Source: an uncultured Acidimicrobiales bacterium (GTDB taxonomy: Bacteria > Actinomycetota > Acidimicrobiia > Acidimicrobiales > Ilumatobacteraceae). Taken from it: DNA of 64,000 nt. The position numbers and the translations under genes are program-made. A model generated the notes under the pieces. The model ran no database searches and was not told the DNA's origin. It saw only the letters and a list, made by a program, of their open reading frames with translations. Positions 19,356 through 30,309 of the stretch are shown in pieces (position 1 is the first letter of the stretch; each line of letters starts with the position of its first letter). The stretch is from assembly GCA_963738325.1 (NCBI GenBank), contig CAVTWD010000015.1, positions 30,767-94,766 of the forward strand, in the 5' to 3' direction.

Positions 19356-19581
19356 GCCGGGCGCGCGTCACGGCCCAGCGTGGGGCAGGGGCCCCACGCT
19401 CGGGAGGAGGCTGGGGTTGGGGCCCCAGCCGGGCCGACCAACAAGGAGCGAAACCGATGAGCCGGGCGCGCGTCACGGCCCGGCGTGGGGCAGGGGCCCC
19501 ACGCTCGGGAGGAGGCTGGGGTGGGGGCCCCAGCCGGGCCGACCAACACGGAGCGAAACCGATGAAGGAGGGCGCGCGCTG
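19338..19581. repeat. 105-bp tandem direct repeat (2 full units plus a partial third), each with an internal 9-bp-stem hairpin
   Basis: Each unit begins aaggagcgaaaccgATGagccgggcgcgcgtcacggcc... and is repeated at 19338, 19443 and 19548 (period 105). The hairpin is agcgtgggg-cagggg-ccccacgct. Confidence 0.85.
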
Positions 19582-19582
19582 A
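19352..19582 (+). CDS. upstream ORF created by the tandem repeat (35-aa peptide repeated twice, then MKEGAR), coupled to the downstream gene
   Basis: Each repeat carries an AAGGAG SD 7 nt before an ATG. The period of 105 is 35 codons, so the frame is kept. The stop overlaps the LarA-like ATG (TGATG). Confidence 0.25.
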   Translation: MSRARVTAQRGAGAPRSGGGWGWGPSRADQQGAKPMSRARVTARRGAGAPRSGGGWGGGPSRADQHGAKPMKEGAR

Positions 19583-21168
19583 TGCCACGGCCGGGTTTCG
19601 TCCTCGAGGTGGACCGCTCCACGCCGCCGTCACTCTTCTGGCACGGGGAGGGCTTTCGCCTCGAGCAGCTACCACCGGGGCGGTCACGAGTCGTCTACGG
19701 GCCCGAGCCGCTCGAACCCCTCGACGACATCGACGGCGCCATCCGGCACGCGCTCCACCATCCACTCGACCACGACCCTCTGCCCTCGCTCCTCTTTCCC
19801 GGCATGCGGCTGACCATCGCCTTCGATGACATCAGCCTGCCGCTGCCGCCGATGCGGCGCCCCGACATCCGCCAGCGGGTGATCGAAGCCGTGCTCGACC
19901 TCGCCGCCGCGGCCGGCGTGGATGACGTCCACATCATCGCCGCCCTCGCCCTTCATCGTCGGATGACCGAAGCAGAGCTGCGCCATGCCGTCGGGGATCG
20001 TGTCTACGACACGTTCGCGCCACGCGGGCTCCTCTACAACCACGACGCCGAGGATCCCGACGGCATGACCGAGCTGGGCTGGACGGCCCACAACGAGCTC
20101 GTCGAGATCAACCGGCGGGCCGCGGAATCGGACCTGCTCGTCTACGTGAACATCAACCTGGTCGCCATGGACGGAGGCTGGAAGTCGACCGCCACCGGCC
20201 TGGCGAGCTACCGCAGCCTCCGGTACCACCACAACGTCCGCACCATGCAGCACAGCCGGAGCTTCATGGACCAGGAACGGTCCGAGCTCCATACGTCGAA
20301 CCGGCGCATGGGGAAGGTGATCCGCAACGCCGGGGTGAAGGTCTTCCAGATCGAGACGACCCTGAACACCGACACGTTCCCGTCCCCCTTCGAGTTCCTG
20401 GCCAAGAGAGAGTGGGAGTGGTCGGCGAAGGACCGGGGTCTCTACCTCGCCAGCTCGGCCTCTCTGAGGCGCTTGCCCAGCCGTCTGAAGCGCGACATCT
20501 TCCACGGCATCCGCTCGCCTCATCAGATGACGAGTGTCCAAGCCGGCGACGTGGACGCCGTTCATCGGATGACGACGGCCAATGTGTACCGCCAGCAGCT
20601 CGTGGCCGTGGAGGGCCAGACGGACATCCTCACCATGGGGATCCCCTTCGTCTGCCCGTACAACGTCAACTCGATCATGAACCCGATCCTCGTGATGTGC
20701 ACGGGGCTCGGCTACTACTTCAACCTCTACCGCGGCCGCCCCCTCGTCCGTGAGGGCGGCGTCGTGATCATGACCCACCCCACCCCGTGGGAATTCCATC
20801 CCGTCCATCATCCGAGCTACATCGACTTCTTCGAGCAGGTGCTGGCGGAGACGACCGACCCCGCGGAGATCGAGCAGCGTTTCGAGAAGTCCTTCGCCGA
20901 CGACGAGTGGTACCGACACCTCTACCGCACCTCGTACGCCTACCACGGCGTGCACCCCTTCTACATGTGGTACTGGGGAGCGCACGCGCTGCAGCACGTC
21001 GGACGGGTGATCGTGGTCGGCGGTAAACCGAAGACCGTTCGACGGTTGGGGTTCGTGCCGGCGTCGACGCTCGACGACGCCCTCGAGCTGGCCGGTGACG
21101 TCGTCGGCCGCCAGCCCACGATCACGCATCTGCACTTGCCGCCGCTGCTGCTGGCGGACGTGAGTTGA
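19582..21168 (+). CDS. LarA-like (DUF2088) lactate-racemase-family protein
   Basis: About 529 aa. Has a GGWKS motif resembling the LarA lysine that tethers its cofactor. Domain order is family-consistent. No larB/larC/larE nearby. Confidence 0.55.
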   Translation: MPRPGFVLEVDRSTPPSLFWHGEGFRLEQLPPGRSRVVYGPEPLEPLDDIDGAIRHALHHPLDHDPLPSLLFPGMRLTIAFDDISLPLPPMRRPDIRQRVIEAVLDLAAAAGVDDVHIIAALALHRRMTEAELRHAVGDRVYDTFAPRGLLYNHDAEDPDGMTELGWTAHNELVEINRRAAESDLLVYVNINLVAMDGGWKSTATGLASYRSLRYHHNVRTMQHSRSFMDQERSELHTSNRRMGKVIRNAGVKVFQIETTLNTDTFPSPFEFLAKREWEWSAKDRGLYLASSASLRRLPSRLKRDIFHGIRSPHQMTSVQAGDVDAVHRMTTANVYRQQLVAVEGQTDILTMGIPFVCPYNVNSIMNPILVMCTGLGYYFNLYRGRPLVREGGVVIMTHPTPWEFHPVHHPSYIDFFEQVLAETTDPAEIEQRFEKSFADDEWYRHLYRTSYAYHGVHPFYMWYWGAHALQHVGRVIVVGGKPKTVRRLGFVPASTLDDALELAGDVVGRQPTITHLHLPPLLLADVS

Positions 21169-21178
21169 GGATGCCGCC

Positions 21179-22201
21179 GTGACCGGAGCGGCTCCGTTGA
21201 AGGCGAAGCATCTCGCCGACCGCGCCGTCGGGTCGGCCCGGCGCACCCGGATCCGCGTGGGCCGCGTCACCACCGCTTTCGGGTTCCCGTGGCGGGCGCC
21301 GACCGTGCCCCGCGGCGTCGAGGTGATACGAGAGCCACGGAAGGTCGGTGCAGACTTCGACACGGACTGGGCTCGCAGACCCCCGGCCCGGCTGGCGCGC
21401 GCCGCCATCGTGGAGGGTCCTCTGCGCCTTGCCGTGAAGGCCATCGCCGCCCCTGAGATCCAAGGCCTCGACCGGCTGGCCGACCTCCGGCGACAACACG
21501 ACCGCGGCGGCGATGCTCGTCCCGTCATCTTCGCAGCGAACCATGTGAGCCATCTCGACGCGCCGATGATGATCACGTCGATTCCCGAACCGTGGCGTCA
21601 CCGCCTGATCGTCGCCGCCGCGGCGGACTACTTCTTCGCCACCCGGGTCAAGGGGACGGCCAGCGCGCTGGCCCTCGGCGCCATCCCGATCGATCGCTCG
21701 CGCGTCAACCGCCGTTCGGCCGACCTGGCGTCGTCACTCATGGGCGACGGTTGGAGCCTGTTGATCTTCCCGGAAGGGGGCCGCTCGCCCGACGGTTGGG
21801 GCCAGCCTTTCCGCGGCGGGGCCGCCTTCCTGGCCGTGCGCACCGGGGTCGCGGTCGTGCCCGTGCACCTCGACGGCACGGGGTCCATCCTCGGCAAGGG
21901 GATGAAGCGGCCCAAGCCGGGTCGCACCATCGTGACCTTCGGCGCGCCGCTGCGGCCTGAGGACGGCGAGGATGCTCGGCGGCTCGGTGACCGGATCGAG
22001 CGGGCGGTGGCCGAGCTGGCCGACGAAGCGGCGACGGACTGGTACTCGGCCCGCTTGCGTGCTGGCCGGGCCGAGACCCCGTCGCTCGGGGGTCCGGAGG
22101 CCACCGGCTGGCGGCGCGCCTGGGCGCTCGGCGAGCGGCGAGCCCGTGGTCGGGCCGGCCAACGCCGCCGGCAGCGCCGCCGTTGGCCCAAGCTCGGCTA
22201 G
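21179..22201 (+). CDS. lysophospholipid (1-acyl-sn-glycerol-3-phosphate) acyltransferase, PlsC family
   Basis: Carries the NHVSHLD (HX4D) and FPEGGRS motifs. Confidence 0.75.
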   Translation: MTGAAPLKAKHLADRAVGSARRTRIRVGRVTTAFGFPWRAPTVPRGVEVIREPRKVGADFDTDWARRPPARLARAAIVEGPLRLAVKAIAAPEIQGLDRLADLRRQHDRGGDARPVIFAANHVSHLDAPMMITSIPEPWRHRLIVAAAADYFFATRVKGTASALALGAIPIDRSRVNRRSADLASSLMGDGWSLLIFPEGGRSPDGWGQPFRGGAAFLAVRTGVAVVPVHLDGTGSILGKGMKRPKPGRTIVTFGAPLRPEDGEDARRLGDRIERAVAELADEAATDWYSARLRAGRAETPSLGGPEATGWRRAWALGERRARGRAGQRRRQRRRWPKLG

Positions 22202-22235
22202 CGAAGGGGGTCTCCTTCTCCGCTTCGCTACTCGG

Positions 22236-22820
22236 CTAGCCCGGGACCTTGAGGAGCTGCCCGGGCTTCAGGCGCACGGTGGCGAGGTCGAGGTTGTTGA
22301 GATCCAGCAGCGTCTGCAACGAGATGCCGAACTTGTTGGCGATGCCCGCCGGGGAGTCGCCGTAGACCACGACGTAGGCCTTCTCACCGGTCGGCAGCAC
22401 CGTGGTGGGCGGGAGGACGCGGGGGATCTTCAGCTTCTGCCCGGGGTGGATGCTCGGCCGGCTCGGATCGATGCCATTAGCCGCGTAAAGGGCGTCCAAG
22501 GCGACGTTGTAGCGGGCCGCGATCGAGGCCGGCGCGTCGCCGAGCTTCACGGTGTAGATCGCCTTCACACGAGGGTCGGCGGGCGCCGCGTTCAGCGCCG
22601 CGCCCCCGGCAATCGTGGTGGTGGTGGCGGCGGCCGCGATCGTGGCCGACGTCGGTCGGGGCGGCGACACGGGGATCGTCCGGAAGGCCGTGCTCGGGAT
22701 CGTGCTGGTCGGCGCGGTCGACGCCGACGAGCCCAGGTCGCAGCTGGCCAGGGTCAGCAGCCCGAGCGTGAGGGAGCCGGCGACGACGGCCGCGGCGGTG
22801 GATCGGCGGGCGACCAGCAT
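22236..22820 (-). CDS. LysM-domain lipoprotein (two LysM repeats)
   Basis: Signal peptide with lipobox LTLASC, a Thr/Pro linker, and two LysM motifs (YTVKLGDAPASIAARYNV...; YVVVYGDSPAGIANKFGISL...). Confidence 0.75.
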   Translation of the reverse strand: MLVARRSTAAAVVAGSLTLGLLTLASCDLGSSASTAPTSTIPSTAFRTIPVSPPRPTSATIAAAATTTTIAGGAALNAAPADPRVKAIYTVKLGDAPASIAARYNVALDALYAANGIDPSRPSIHPGQKLKIPRVLPPTTVLPTGEKAYVVVYGDSPAGIANKFGISLQTLLDLNNLDLATVRLKPGQLLKVPG

Positions 22821-23089
22821 GGCGACCCTGCAGCCTAGGAGCCGTTGCCGCGACGGCGGCCGCGCTCCCCTCCCGAGGCCGGGCTCCCCGCTCGGGGCCG
22901 GGCTCCCCGCTCGGGGCCGGGCTCCCCGGATCGGTCGCTCACCGGCGGAACTTGAACCTGAGGGTGCTGTCCACGGCCCTTCCCGGTTCAACTTCAGCAG
23001 CAGGCGGGCTACTCGGCGGCAACGATGGTGAACCGCAAGGAGAGCGGGCACGTACAACAGTCGTGCGCGTCGACGACCGGGGAGGCACG

Positions 23090-23890
23090 ATGACCCAGGT
23101 GACCATCAGCGACCGTCGCTCCGGGACCCTTTCCCCTGGCCCTGCCCTGGCGCTCCGGCTCCTGGCCGCCGGCTTCATCCTCGTCGGGGGATGGGTCCAT
23201 CTCAAGCTCTACATGGACGGCTACAAGGACTTCCCGGACCACAACCTGGGCCGTTCGTTCCTCCTCAACGTCATCGCGTCCGTCGTGGTGGCCGTGGCTG
23301 TGGCGCTGTGGGCTTCGGTGATCAGCCGGGTGGCCGGCATCCTCCTCGCCGGCGCCACCCTCATCGCGTTCGCGCTCAGCCGCACCGACAGCGGCATCTT
23401 CGGCTTCACCGAGAGCGGCTGGAACCCCTCGCCCGAGGCGGTGATCGCGTTCATCGCCGAGGTCGGCGCCATCGTCGTGCTCGTCGCGCTCCTCGTGCTG
23501 GACCGCCATCCCCGCCCCGCTCCGCTCCGCCTCGGCCCGGCGCTCGCCGTGGGGACCGTCGCCATCGTCGTGACGCCGATCCTGGCCGGCATCTGGAGCG
23601 GCGACACCTCGCAGGCGCCCGGCACCGCGAGCGCCACGGCGCCTGGCAGCGTCACGATCGCCAACTTCGCCTTCGGCCCACAGGAGCTCCACGTCGCGAC
23701 GGGCGCCACGGTGACCTGGACGAACACGGACGGCACCGACCATTCGGTGGTCGCCAACGACGGCGCGTTCAAGAGCAACCCGCTCGACCAGAACGCCACG
23801 TTCTCGTTCAAGTTCTCCAAGGCGGGGACGTACACCTACATCTGCGGCATCCACAACTCGATGAAGGGCACCATCGTCGTCGGGAGCTGA
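23090..23890 (+). CDS. membrane protein with a C-terminal cupredoxin (plastocyanin/azurin-like blue-copper) domain
   Basis: About 5 TM helices followed by ...HSVV...YTYICGIHNSMKGTIVV (Cu ligands H, C, H, M). Confidence 0.7.
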   Translation: MTQVTISDRRSGTLSPGPALALRLLAAGFILVGGWVHLKLYMDGYKDFPDHNLGRSFLLNVIASVVVAVAVALWASVISRVAGILLAGATLIAFALSRTDSGIFGFTESGWNPSPEAVIAFIAEVGAIVVLVALLVLDRHPRPAPLRLGPALAVGTVAIVVTPILAGIWSGDTSQAPGTASATAPGSVTIANFAFGPQELHVATGATVTWTNTDGTDHSVVANDGAFKSNPLDQNATFSFKFSKAGTYTYICGIHNSMKGTIVVGS

Positions 23891-24110
23891 CCCCGGCGCA
23901 GTCGAAACTCACTCGCGATCGCGGTAGCTCCCGTGGCCGTGGTTGGCTATCGTAGAGGGACGGCCAAATGGCGACCGCGACGACCCGCAAGTTGGTCGAA
24001 GCGAGCGCCAGGACGCCGAATCGATCGCCAACCGGCGGATCCCGACAGCGGGCCCACGGCGAGAAGCGTCGTGGGCCCGGCCGCGTTCGGGCAGGCGCGG
24101 GCCCCTCGGA

Positions 24111-25589
24111 TCAGACCAAGGGACGTGTACCCGGACCGATCGGCGCGGGGAGAGCGGTGTCGCCCATCAGGTAGCGGTCCACCGCCGCCGCCGCCGAACG
24201 CCCCTCGGCGATCGCCCACACGATGAGGCTCTGGCCACGGCCCATGTCGCCGGCCACGAACACGCCCGGCACGCTCGTCATGAAGTGCTCGTCGCGAGCG
24301 ACGTTGCCCCGGCCGTCGAAGGTGACGCCGAGCTGGTCGAGCCAACCACCCCGCTCGGGACCGACGAACCCGAGCGCCAGCAGCACGAGCTCGCACTCGA
24401 GCTCGAAGTCGGTGCCATCCACCTTCTCGAAACGGCCGTCGCGCAGCTCCACCTCGTGAGCCCGCAACCCGCGCACTCTGCCCTCGGGGTCACCGAGGAA
24501 GCACTCGGTGTTGACGCTGAAGACCCGCTCCCCACCTTCCTCGTGAGCCGACGAGACGCGGTACACGAGTGACCACTGCGGCCACGGATTGCCCGCGGCG
24601 CGGGCCCGGGGCGGCTCGGGGAGGATCTCGAACTGGTGCACCGAGCGGGCCCCTTGACGGTGCACCGTGCCGAGGCAGTCGGCGCCGGTGTCACCGCCCC
24701 CGATGATCACCACCCGCTTGCCCTTCGCGCTGATCACGGGCGCGTCGACGTCCCCGTTGGCGGAGGGTCCGCTGCCGTGGACCTGCACCCACCGGTTGGC
24801 GGTGGGCAAGAACTCCATGGCCTGATAGATGCCCTCGAGCTCGCGCCCGGGAATGGGCAGGTCGCGCCACGCCGTCGCCCCGGCGGCCAGCACGATCGCG
24901 TCATGGGTGGCGAGCAGCACGTCGACGTCGACGCCCTTGTCCACCTGCGCGTTCGTCCGGAGCTCGGTGCCCTCGGCCCGCATCTGGGCGAGGCGTCGTT
25001 CGAGGTGGCGTTTCTCCAGCTTGAACTCGGGGATGCCGTAGCGGAGGAGCCCGCCGATGCGATCGGCTCGTTCCAGCACGACGACGTCGTGGCCCGCTCG
25101 CGTCAGTTGCTGGGCGGCGGCGAGGCCTGCCGGCCCCGAGCCGATCACCGCCACCCGCTTGCCCGTGCGGGTCGAGGGGGGCTGGGGCTGCACCCAGCCC
25201 TCCCGCCATGCGCGGTCGATGATCTCCACCTCGACCTGCTTGATGGTGACTGGGTCGGCATTGATGCCGAGCACGCAGGCCGCTTCGCAGGGCGCGGGGC
25301 ACAGACGCCCGGTGAACTCGGGGAAGTTGTTGGTGGCGTGGAGCCGCTCGATGGCGTCGATCCAATGGTCGCGGTAGACGAGGTCGTTCCAGTCCGGGAT
25401 GAGGTTGCCGAGAGGGCATCCGTTGTTGCAGAACGGGATGCCGCAGTCCATGCACCGCCCGGCCTGGTGGCGGAGACGGTCCTCCGGGAATGGCTCGTAG
25501 ACCTCCTTCCAGTCGCGGAGGCGCACCGGGACAGGTCGCCGCGTCGGGCCCTCGCGGGTCCACTGGAGGAAGCCGGTCACCTCACCCAT
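24111..25589 (-). CDS. gltD: glutamate synthase small subunit
   Basis: Cys-cluster CMDCGIPFCNNGCPLGN plus FAD/NAD(P) binding VAVIGSGPAGLAAA. Confidence 0.9.
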   Translation of the reverse strand: MGEVTGFLQWTREGPTRRPVPVRLRDWKEVYEPFPEDRLRHQAGRCMDCGIPFCNNGCPLGNLIPDWNDLVYRDHWIDAIERLHATNNFPEFTGRLCPAPCEAACVLGINADPVTIKQVEVEIIDRAWREGWVQPQPPSTRTGKRVAVIGSGPAGLAAAQQLTRAGHDVVVLERADRIGGLLRYGIPEFKLEKRHLERRLAQMRAEGTELRTNAQVDKGVDVDVLLATHDAIVLAAGATAWRDLPIPGRELEGIYQAMEFLPTANRWVQVHGSGPSANGDVDAPVISAKGKRVVIIGGGDTGADCLGTVHRQGARSVHQFEILPEPPRARAAGNPWPQWSLVYRVSSAHEEGGERVFSVNTECFLGDPEGRVRGLRAHEVELRDGRFEKVDGTDFELECELVLLALGFVGPERGGWLDQLGVTFDGRGNVARDEHFMTSVPGVFVAGDMGRGQSLIVWAIAEGRSAAAAVDRYLMGDTALPAPIGPGTRPLV

Positions 25590-25627
25590 GACCCGGCCCT
25601 TCGCGCTGGCCCGAGCCGCGGATCGGC

Positions 25628-28600
25628 TCAGCCATGGCTCGCCGCCATGACCAGCTCCAGCGTCTTCTTCTCGGCCAGTCCCTCCCGTTCGGCCCGAGCC
25701 ATGACCTCGACCACCCGCTTGTAGTCCTTCGGCATGACCTTGCGGAACGAGGGCCCGGCGACGGACCACGCGTCGATCAACCGCGCTCCCAGCGTCGATC
25801 CCGTGTAGGTGACGTGGGCACGGATCGCGTCGTGCACGAAGGCGAGGTCCTCATCGCTGAGGGCCTCGAGCTCGACCATCTCCGGGTTGACCAGCGCCGG
25901 AAAGCGACCCTCCGGGTCGTACACGTAAGCGATGCCGCCCGACATTCCGGCCCCGAAGTTCCGCCCGGTCTCGCCGAGCACCACGACCCGACCACCCGTC
26001 ATGTACTCGCACCCGTGGTCACCCACACCTTCGACCACCGCGAGGGCACCGGAGTTCCGAACGCAGAAGCGCTCCCCCACGACGCCGCGCAGGTAGAGCT
26101 CCCCGCCGGTGGCTCCGTACGCGATGACGTTGCCGGCGATCACGTTCTCCTCTGCCGCGAACCGGGCCGCCCGATCCGGAAACACCGCGACGCGCCCCCC
26201 TGACAGGCCCTTGGCCAGGTAGTCGTTCGCGTCGCCTTCCAGCAGGAGGGTGAGGCCGCGAGGCAGGAAGGCGCCGAAGCTCTGGCCCGCCGAGCCCCGC
26301 AGGTGCAGCTCGACCGTGCCGTCCGGCAGCCCCTCGGGCCCCCAACGGCGGGTGACCTCGGATCCGAGCATGGTGCCGACCGTGCGGTTGATGTTCCGCA
26401 CCCGGAGCTCGGCCCGCACCTGGTGGCCGTCTTCGAGGGCGAGCTCGCACAAACGGATGAGATCTCGGTCGAGGGCACGATCGAGCCCGTGATCCTGGCG
26501 GCGGCTGTTGAGCATCGTCTGCTCGTAGGGGTTCTCGGGCACCTGCAGGATGGGACGCAGGTCGAGCCCGCGCGCCTTCCAGTGGTCGACGGCGGCGCGG
26601 GTGTCGAGCAATTCGGCGTGACCGACGGCCTCGGCCATCGAGCGGAAGCCGAGCTCGGCCAGCAGCTCGCGCACCTCTTCGGCGATGTACTCGAAGAACG
26701 TCACCACGAACTCGGGCTGGCCGGTGAAACGACGGCGCAGCTCCGGGTTCTGGGTCGCGATGCCGACCGGGCAGGTGTCCAAGTGGCAGACGCGCATCAT
26801 CACGCATCCCGACACGACGAGGGGGGCCGTGGCGAAGCCGAACTCCTCGGCCCCGAGGAGCGCGGCGATCACGACGTCACGCCCTGTCTTCATCTGCCCG
26901 TCGACCTGCACGACGATCCGGTCGCGCAGCCCGTTCAGCAGCAAGGTCTGCTGTGTCTCGGCCAGGCCGAGCTCCCAGGGCGCCCCGGCGTGCTTCAGCG
27001 AGGTGAGCGGCGAGGCCCCGGTCCCGCCGTCGTGGCCCGAGATGAGCACCACGTCGGCATGCGCCTTCGACACGCCGGCGGCCACGGTGCCGACCCCGAC
27101 CTCGGCGACCAGCTTCACGTGGATGCGGGCCCGTGGGTTGGAGTTCTTCAGATCGTGGATGAGCTGCTTCAGGTCCTCGATCGAGTAGATGTCGTGGTGG
27201 GGCGGTGGGCTGATGAGCCCGACGCCCGGGGTCGAGTACCGGGTCTTCGCGATCCACGGGTAGACCTTGTGGCCCGGCAGCTGGCCCCCCTCGCCCGGCT
27301 TGGCGCCTTGGGCCATCTTGATCTGGAGGTCGTCCGCGCTGACGAGGTACTCGCTCGTGACGCCGAAGCGGGCCGAGGCCACCTGTTTGATGGCCGAGCG
27401 CTTCGAGTCGCCGTTCGCCAGCGGCACGTAGCGCTCCGGGTCCTCGCCGCCTTCACCGGTGTTGCTCTTGCCGCCGAGGCGGTTCATGGCGATGGCGAGC
27501 GTCTCGTGGGCTTCGGCCGAGATCGAGCCGTAGCTCATGGCGCCCGTGGCGAAGCGGCGCACGATGGCGCTGACCGGCTCGACCTCCTCGATGGGCACGG
27601 GCGGCCGCTCACCGAAGCGGAGCTCGAACAGCCCCCGTAGCGTGGCCAGCCGTTGCGACTGGTCGTTGACCGCGCTCGTGTACTGCTTGAAGACGTCGTA
27701 TCGGCGGGCGCGGGTCGCGTGCTGGAGGCGGAAGACCGTCTCGGGGTTGAACAGGTGGTAGTCGCCCTCCCGGCGCCATTGGTACTCGCCACCGAGCTCG
27801 AGCCGGCGATGAGCCCGCCCCTCCGGCCGCTCGGGGTGGGCCGAACGATGGCGGGCCGCCACTTCGGCCGCGAGCTCGTCGAGGCCGACCCCGCCGAGGC
27901 GGCTGACCGTGCCCGTGAAGTACTCCTCCACGAGCTCCGCTCCCAACCCGATCGCTTCGAACACCTGGGCACCGGTGTAAGAGGCGACCGTCGAGATGCC
28001 CATCTTCGACATGACCTTCAGCACGCCCTTGCCCGCCGCCTTGATGTAGCGGCGCACCGCGGTGGCCGGGTCGAGGCCACCCATGCCGTGGAGGCCCTCG
28101 TTGATCATGTCCTCGATCGACTCGAAGGCGAGGTACGGGTTGATGGCCCCGGCCCCGTAGCCGACGAGCAGCGCCATGTGGTGCACTTCGCGGGCGTCGC
28201 CGGCCTCGATGACGAGCCCGACCTTGGTGCGCGTCTTCTCGCGGATGAGATGGTGGTGCACGGCCGCCGTCAACAGCAGCGACGGGATGGGCGCGTAGAC
28301 CTCGTCGGCGTTGCGGTCGGAGAGCACGATGATGCGGGCCCCGTTGCTGATGGCCTGGCTGACCTGCGAGCGCACGGCGTCGAGAGCGCGGCGCAACGCC
28401 AACCCGCCCCCGGCCACCCGGTAGAGCCCGCTGATGATGGCGGCCGCGAACCCGGGCATGTCGCCGTCGGCGTTGATGTGGATCAGCTTGGCCAGCTCGT
28501 CGTTGTCGATCACCGGGAACGGCAGTTGTACCTGCCGGCACGATGCGGGACCGGGATGGAGCAGGTTGCCCTCCGGCCCGATCGTCGAGCCGAGCGCGGT

Positions 28601-30199
28601 CACCTGCTCCTCGCGGATGGCGTCCAGCGGCGGGTTGGTGACCTGCGCGAACAGTTGCTGGAAGTAGTCGAACAAGAGTCGGGGCCGATCCGAGAGCACC
28701 GCGATGGGGGTGTCCGTGCCCATCGAGCCGATCGGCTCGTAGCCGGCCTTCGCCATGGGCGCGAGGATGATCTTCAGTTCCTCGTGGGTGTAGCCGAACA
28801 CTTGTTGGCGGCGAAGCACCGACTCGTGGCTGTAGGTGACGTGCTCGCGGGCGGGCAGGTCCTCCAGTCGGACGATGCCCGCATGTAGCCAGTCGCCGTA
28901 CGGCAACTCGGCGGCCAACGCGGCCTTGATGTCCTCATCGTCGACGATCCGGCCCTGCGCGGTGTCGACGAGGAACATCCGGCCCGGTTGGAGGCGGCCC
29001 TTGCGCACGACGGTGGCCGGGTCGACGTCGACCACGCCGACCTCCGAGGCCATGATCACGCGGTCGTCGTCGGTCACCCAGTAGCGGCTGGGGCGCAGAC
29101 CGTTGCGATCGAGGACGGCTCCGATCACGGTGCCGTCGGTAAAGGCCACCGACGCCGGGCCGTCCCACGGCTCCACGAGGCTGGCGTGGAACTGGTAGAA
29201 GGCGCGCTTCGCCCGATCCATCGACTCGTGGTTCTCCCACGCTTCGGGGATCATCATGAGCACCGCGTGGGGCAGGGGGCGGCCACCGAGGTGAAGCAGC
29301 TCGAGGACCTCGTCGAAGCTGGCGGAGTCGGACGCACCCGGGGTGCAGATCGGGAAGATCCGCTCGAGGTCGCCGGGGAACAGATCGCTGGCGAGGAGAG
29401 CCTCGCGGGCCCGCATCCAGTTGCGGTTGCCCTGCACCGTGTTGATCTCGCCGTTGTGGGCCAGGTAGCGGTACGGATGGGCGAGGGGCCACGAGGGGAA
29501 GGTGTTGGTGGAGAACCGGCTGTGCACGAGGGCGAGGGCCGATTCGAAGCGCTCGTCGGCGAGATCGGGGAAGAACTCCCCCAGCTGCGCGGTGGTGAGC
29601 ATGCCCTTGTAGATCAAGGTTCGGCACGACAGCGACGGGAAGTAGACGGTGTGCTCGTGCTCGGCGCGCTTGCGGAGGCAGAACAGCTTGCGCTCGAGCT
29701 CGAGGCCGGTCGCACCCGCGCCATCGGTCAGGAAGAGCTGCCGGAAGGCGGGCATGACCCGGAGGGCGGTCGCGCCGATGGAGGAAGCGTCGGTGGGCAC
29801 GGGCCGCCAACCCACGACCACGAGACCTTCCTCGTCGGCGAGCTCCTCTACGGCCGCGGCGACCTTGTCGGCCTGCTCGGGGTCGGCCGGTAGGAAGGCC
29901 ATCCCGACGCCGTAGCCGCCCGCAGGCGGCAGCGGCGCGCCGATGACGGCCCGCAGGAAGCGGTCGGGCACCTGCGTGAGGATCCCGGCGCCGTCGCCGG
30001 TGTTCACCTCTGCGCCCGAGGCCCCCCGGTGCGCCAGGTTGCACACCGCGCCGAGGCCCGTGGCGACGATGTCGTGGCTCGGGCGGCCTTTGATGTCGAC
30101 CACGAACGAGACACCGCAGGCGTCGTGCTCGAAGCGAGGGTCGTAGAGGCCGTGGCGGGCGGGCGGGCCGCCGAAGGGCGCGGGTTGGTCGGTGGGCAT
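25628..30199 (-). CDS. gltB: glutamate synthase large subunit
   Basis: N-terminal amidotransferase (HDACGVSF), FMN and GXGXG domains. About 1520 aa. Confidence 0.9.
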   Translation of the reverse strand: MPTDQPAPFGGPPARHGLYDPRFEHDACGVSFVVDIKGRPSHDIVATGLGAVCNLAHRGASGAEVNTGDGAGILTQVPDRFLRAVIGAPLPPAGGYGVGMAFLPADPEQADKVAAAVEELADEEGLVVVGWRPVPTDASSIGATALRVMPAFRQLFLTDGAGATGLELERKLFCLRKRAEHEHTVYFPSLSCRTLIYKGMLTTAQLGEFFPDLADERFESALALVHSRFSTNTFPSWPLAHPYRYLAHNGEINTVQGNRNWMRAREALLASDLFPGDLERIFPICTPGASDSASFDEVLELLHLGGRPLPHAVLMMIPEAWENHESMDRAKRAFYQFHASLVEPWDGPASVAFTDGTVIGAVLDRNGLRPSRYWVTDDDRVIMASEVGVVDVDPATVVRKGRLQPGRMFLVDTAQGRIVDDEDIKAALAAELPYGDWLHAGIVRLEDLPAREHVTYSHESVLRRQQVFGYTHEELKIILAPMAKAGYEPIGSMGTDTPIAVLSDRPRLLFDYFQQLFAQVTNPPLDAIREEQVTALGSTIGPEGNLLHPGPASCRQVQLPFPVIDNDELAKLIHINADGDMPGFAAAIISGLYRVAGGGLALRRALDAVRSQVSQAISNGARIIVLSDRNADEVYAPIPSLLLTAAVHHHLIREKTRTKVGLVIEAGDAREVHHMALLVGYGAGAINPYLAFESIEDMINEGLHGMGGLDPATAVRRYIKAAGKGVLKVMSKMGISTVASYTGAQVFEAIGLGAELVEEYFTGTVSRLGGVGLDELAAEVAARHRSAHPERPEGRAHRRLELGGEYQWRREGDYHLFNPETVFRLQHATRARRYDVFKQYTSAVNDQSQRLATLRGLFELRFGERPPVPIEEVEPVSAIVRRFATGAMSYGSISAEAHETLAIAMNRLGGKSNTGEGGEDPERYVPLANGDSKRSAIKQVASARFGVTSEYLVSADDLQIKMAQGAKPGEGGQLPGHKVYPWIAKTRYSTPGVGLISPPPHHDIYSIEDLKQLIHDLKNSNPRARIHVKLVAEVGVGTVAAGVSKAHADVVLISGHDGGTGASPLTSLKHAGAPWELGLAETQQTLLLNGLRDRIVVQVDGQMKTGRDVVIAALLGAEEFGFATAPLVVSGCVMMRVCHLDTCPVGIATQNPELRRRFTGQPEFVVTFFEYIAEEVRELLAELGFRSMAEAVGHAELLDTRAAVDHWKARGLDLRPILQVPENPYEQTMLNSRRQDHGLDRALDRDLIRLCELALEDGHQVRAELRVRNINRTVGTMLGSEVTRRWGPEGLPDGTVELHLRGSAGQSFGAFLPRGLTLLLEGDANDYLAKGLSGGRVAVFPDRAARFAAEENVIAGNVIAYGATGGELYLRGVVGERFCVRNSGALAVVEGVGDHGCEYMTGGRVVVLGETGRNFGAGMSGGIAYVYDPEGRFPALVNPEMVELEALSDEDLAFVHDAIRAHVTYTGSTLGARLIDAWSVAGPSFRKVMPKDYKRVVEVMARAEREGLAEKKTLELVMAASHG

Positions 30200-30309
30200 C
30201 GTCCTCGTTCCACGACGTCGGCTTGCGGCTGCTGTGGACGCAGGGGACGACGCTGGCCGGCTGCGCAACCTCCTACTCTAGCCGCCGGCCCCCATCCCGG
30301 GTGGTCTTT

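Noticed and set aside
19352-19582. The 76-aa repeat-encoded peptide as a genuine protein-coding gene.
   Set aside because: Its sequence is purely a by-product of the 105-bp duplication, Arg/Gly-rich with no domain. It was retained only as a low-confidence upstream-ORF feature.
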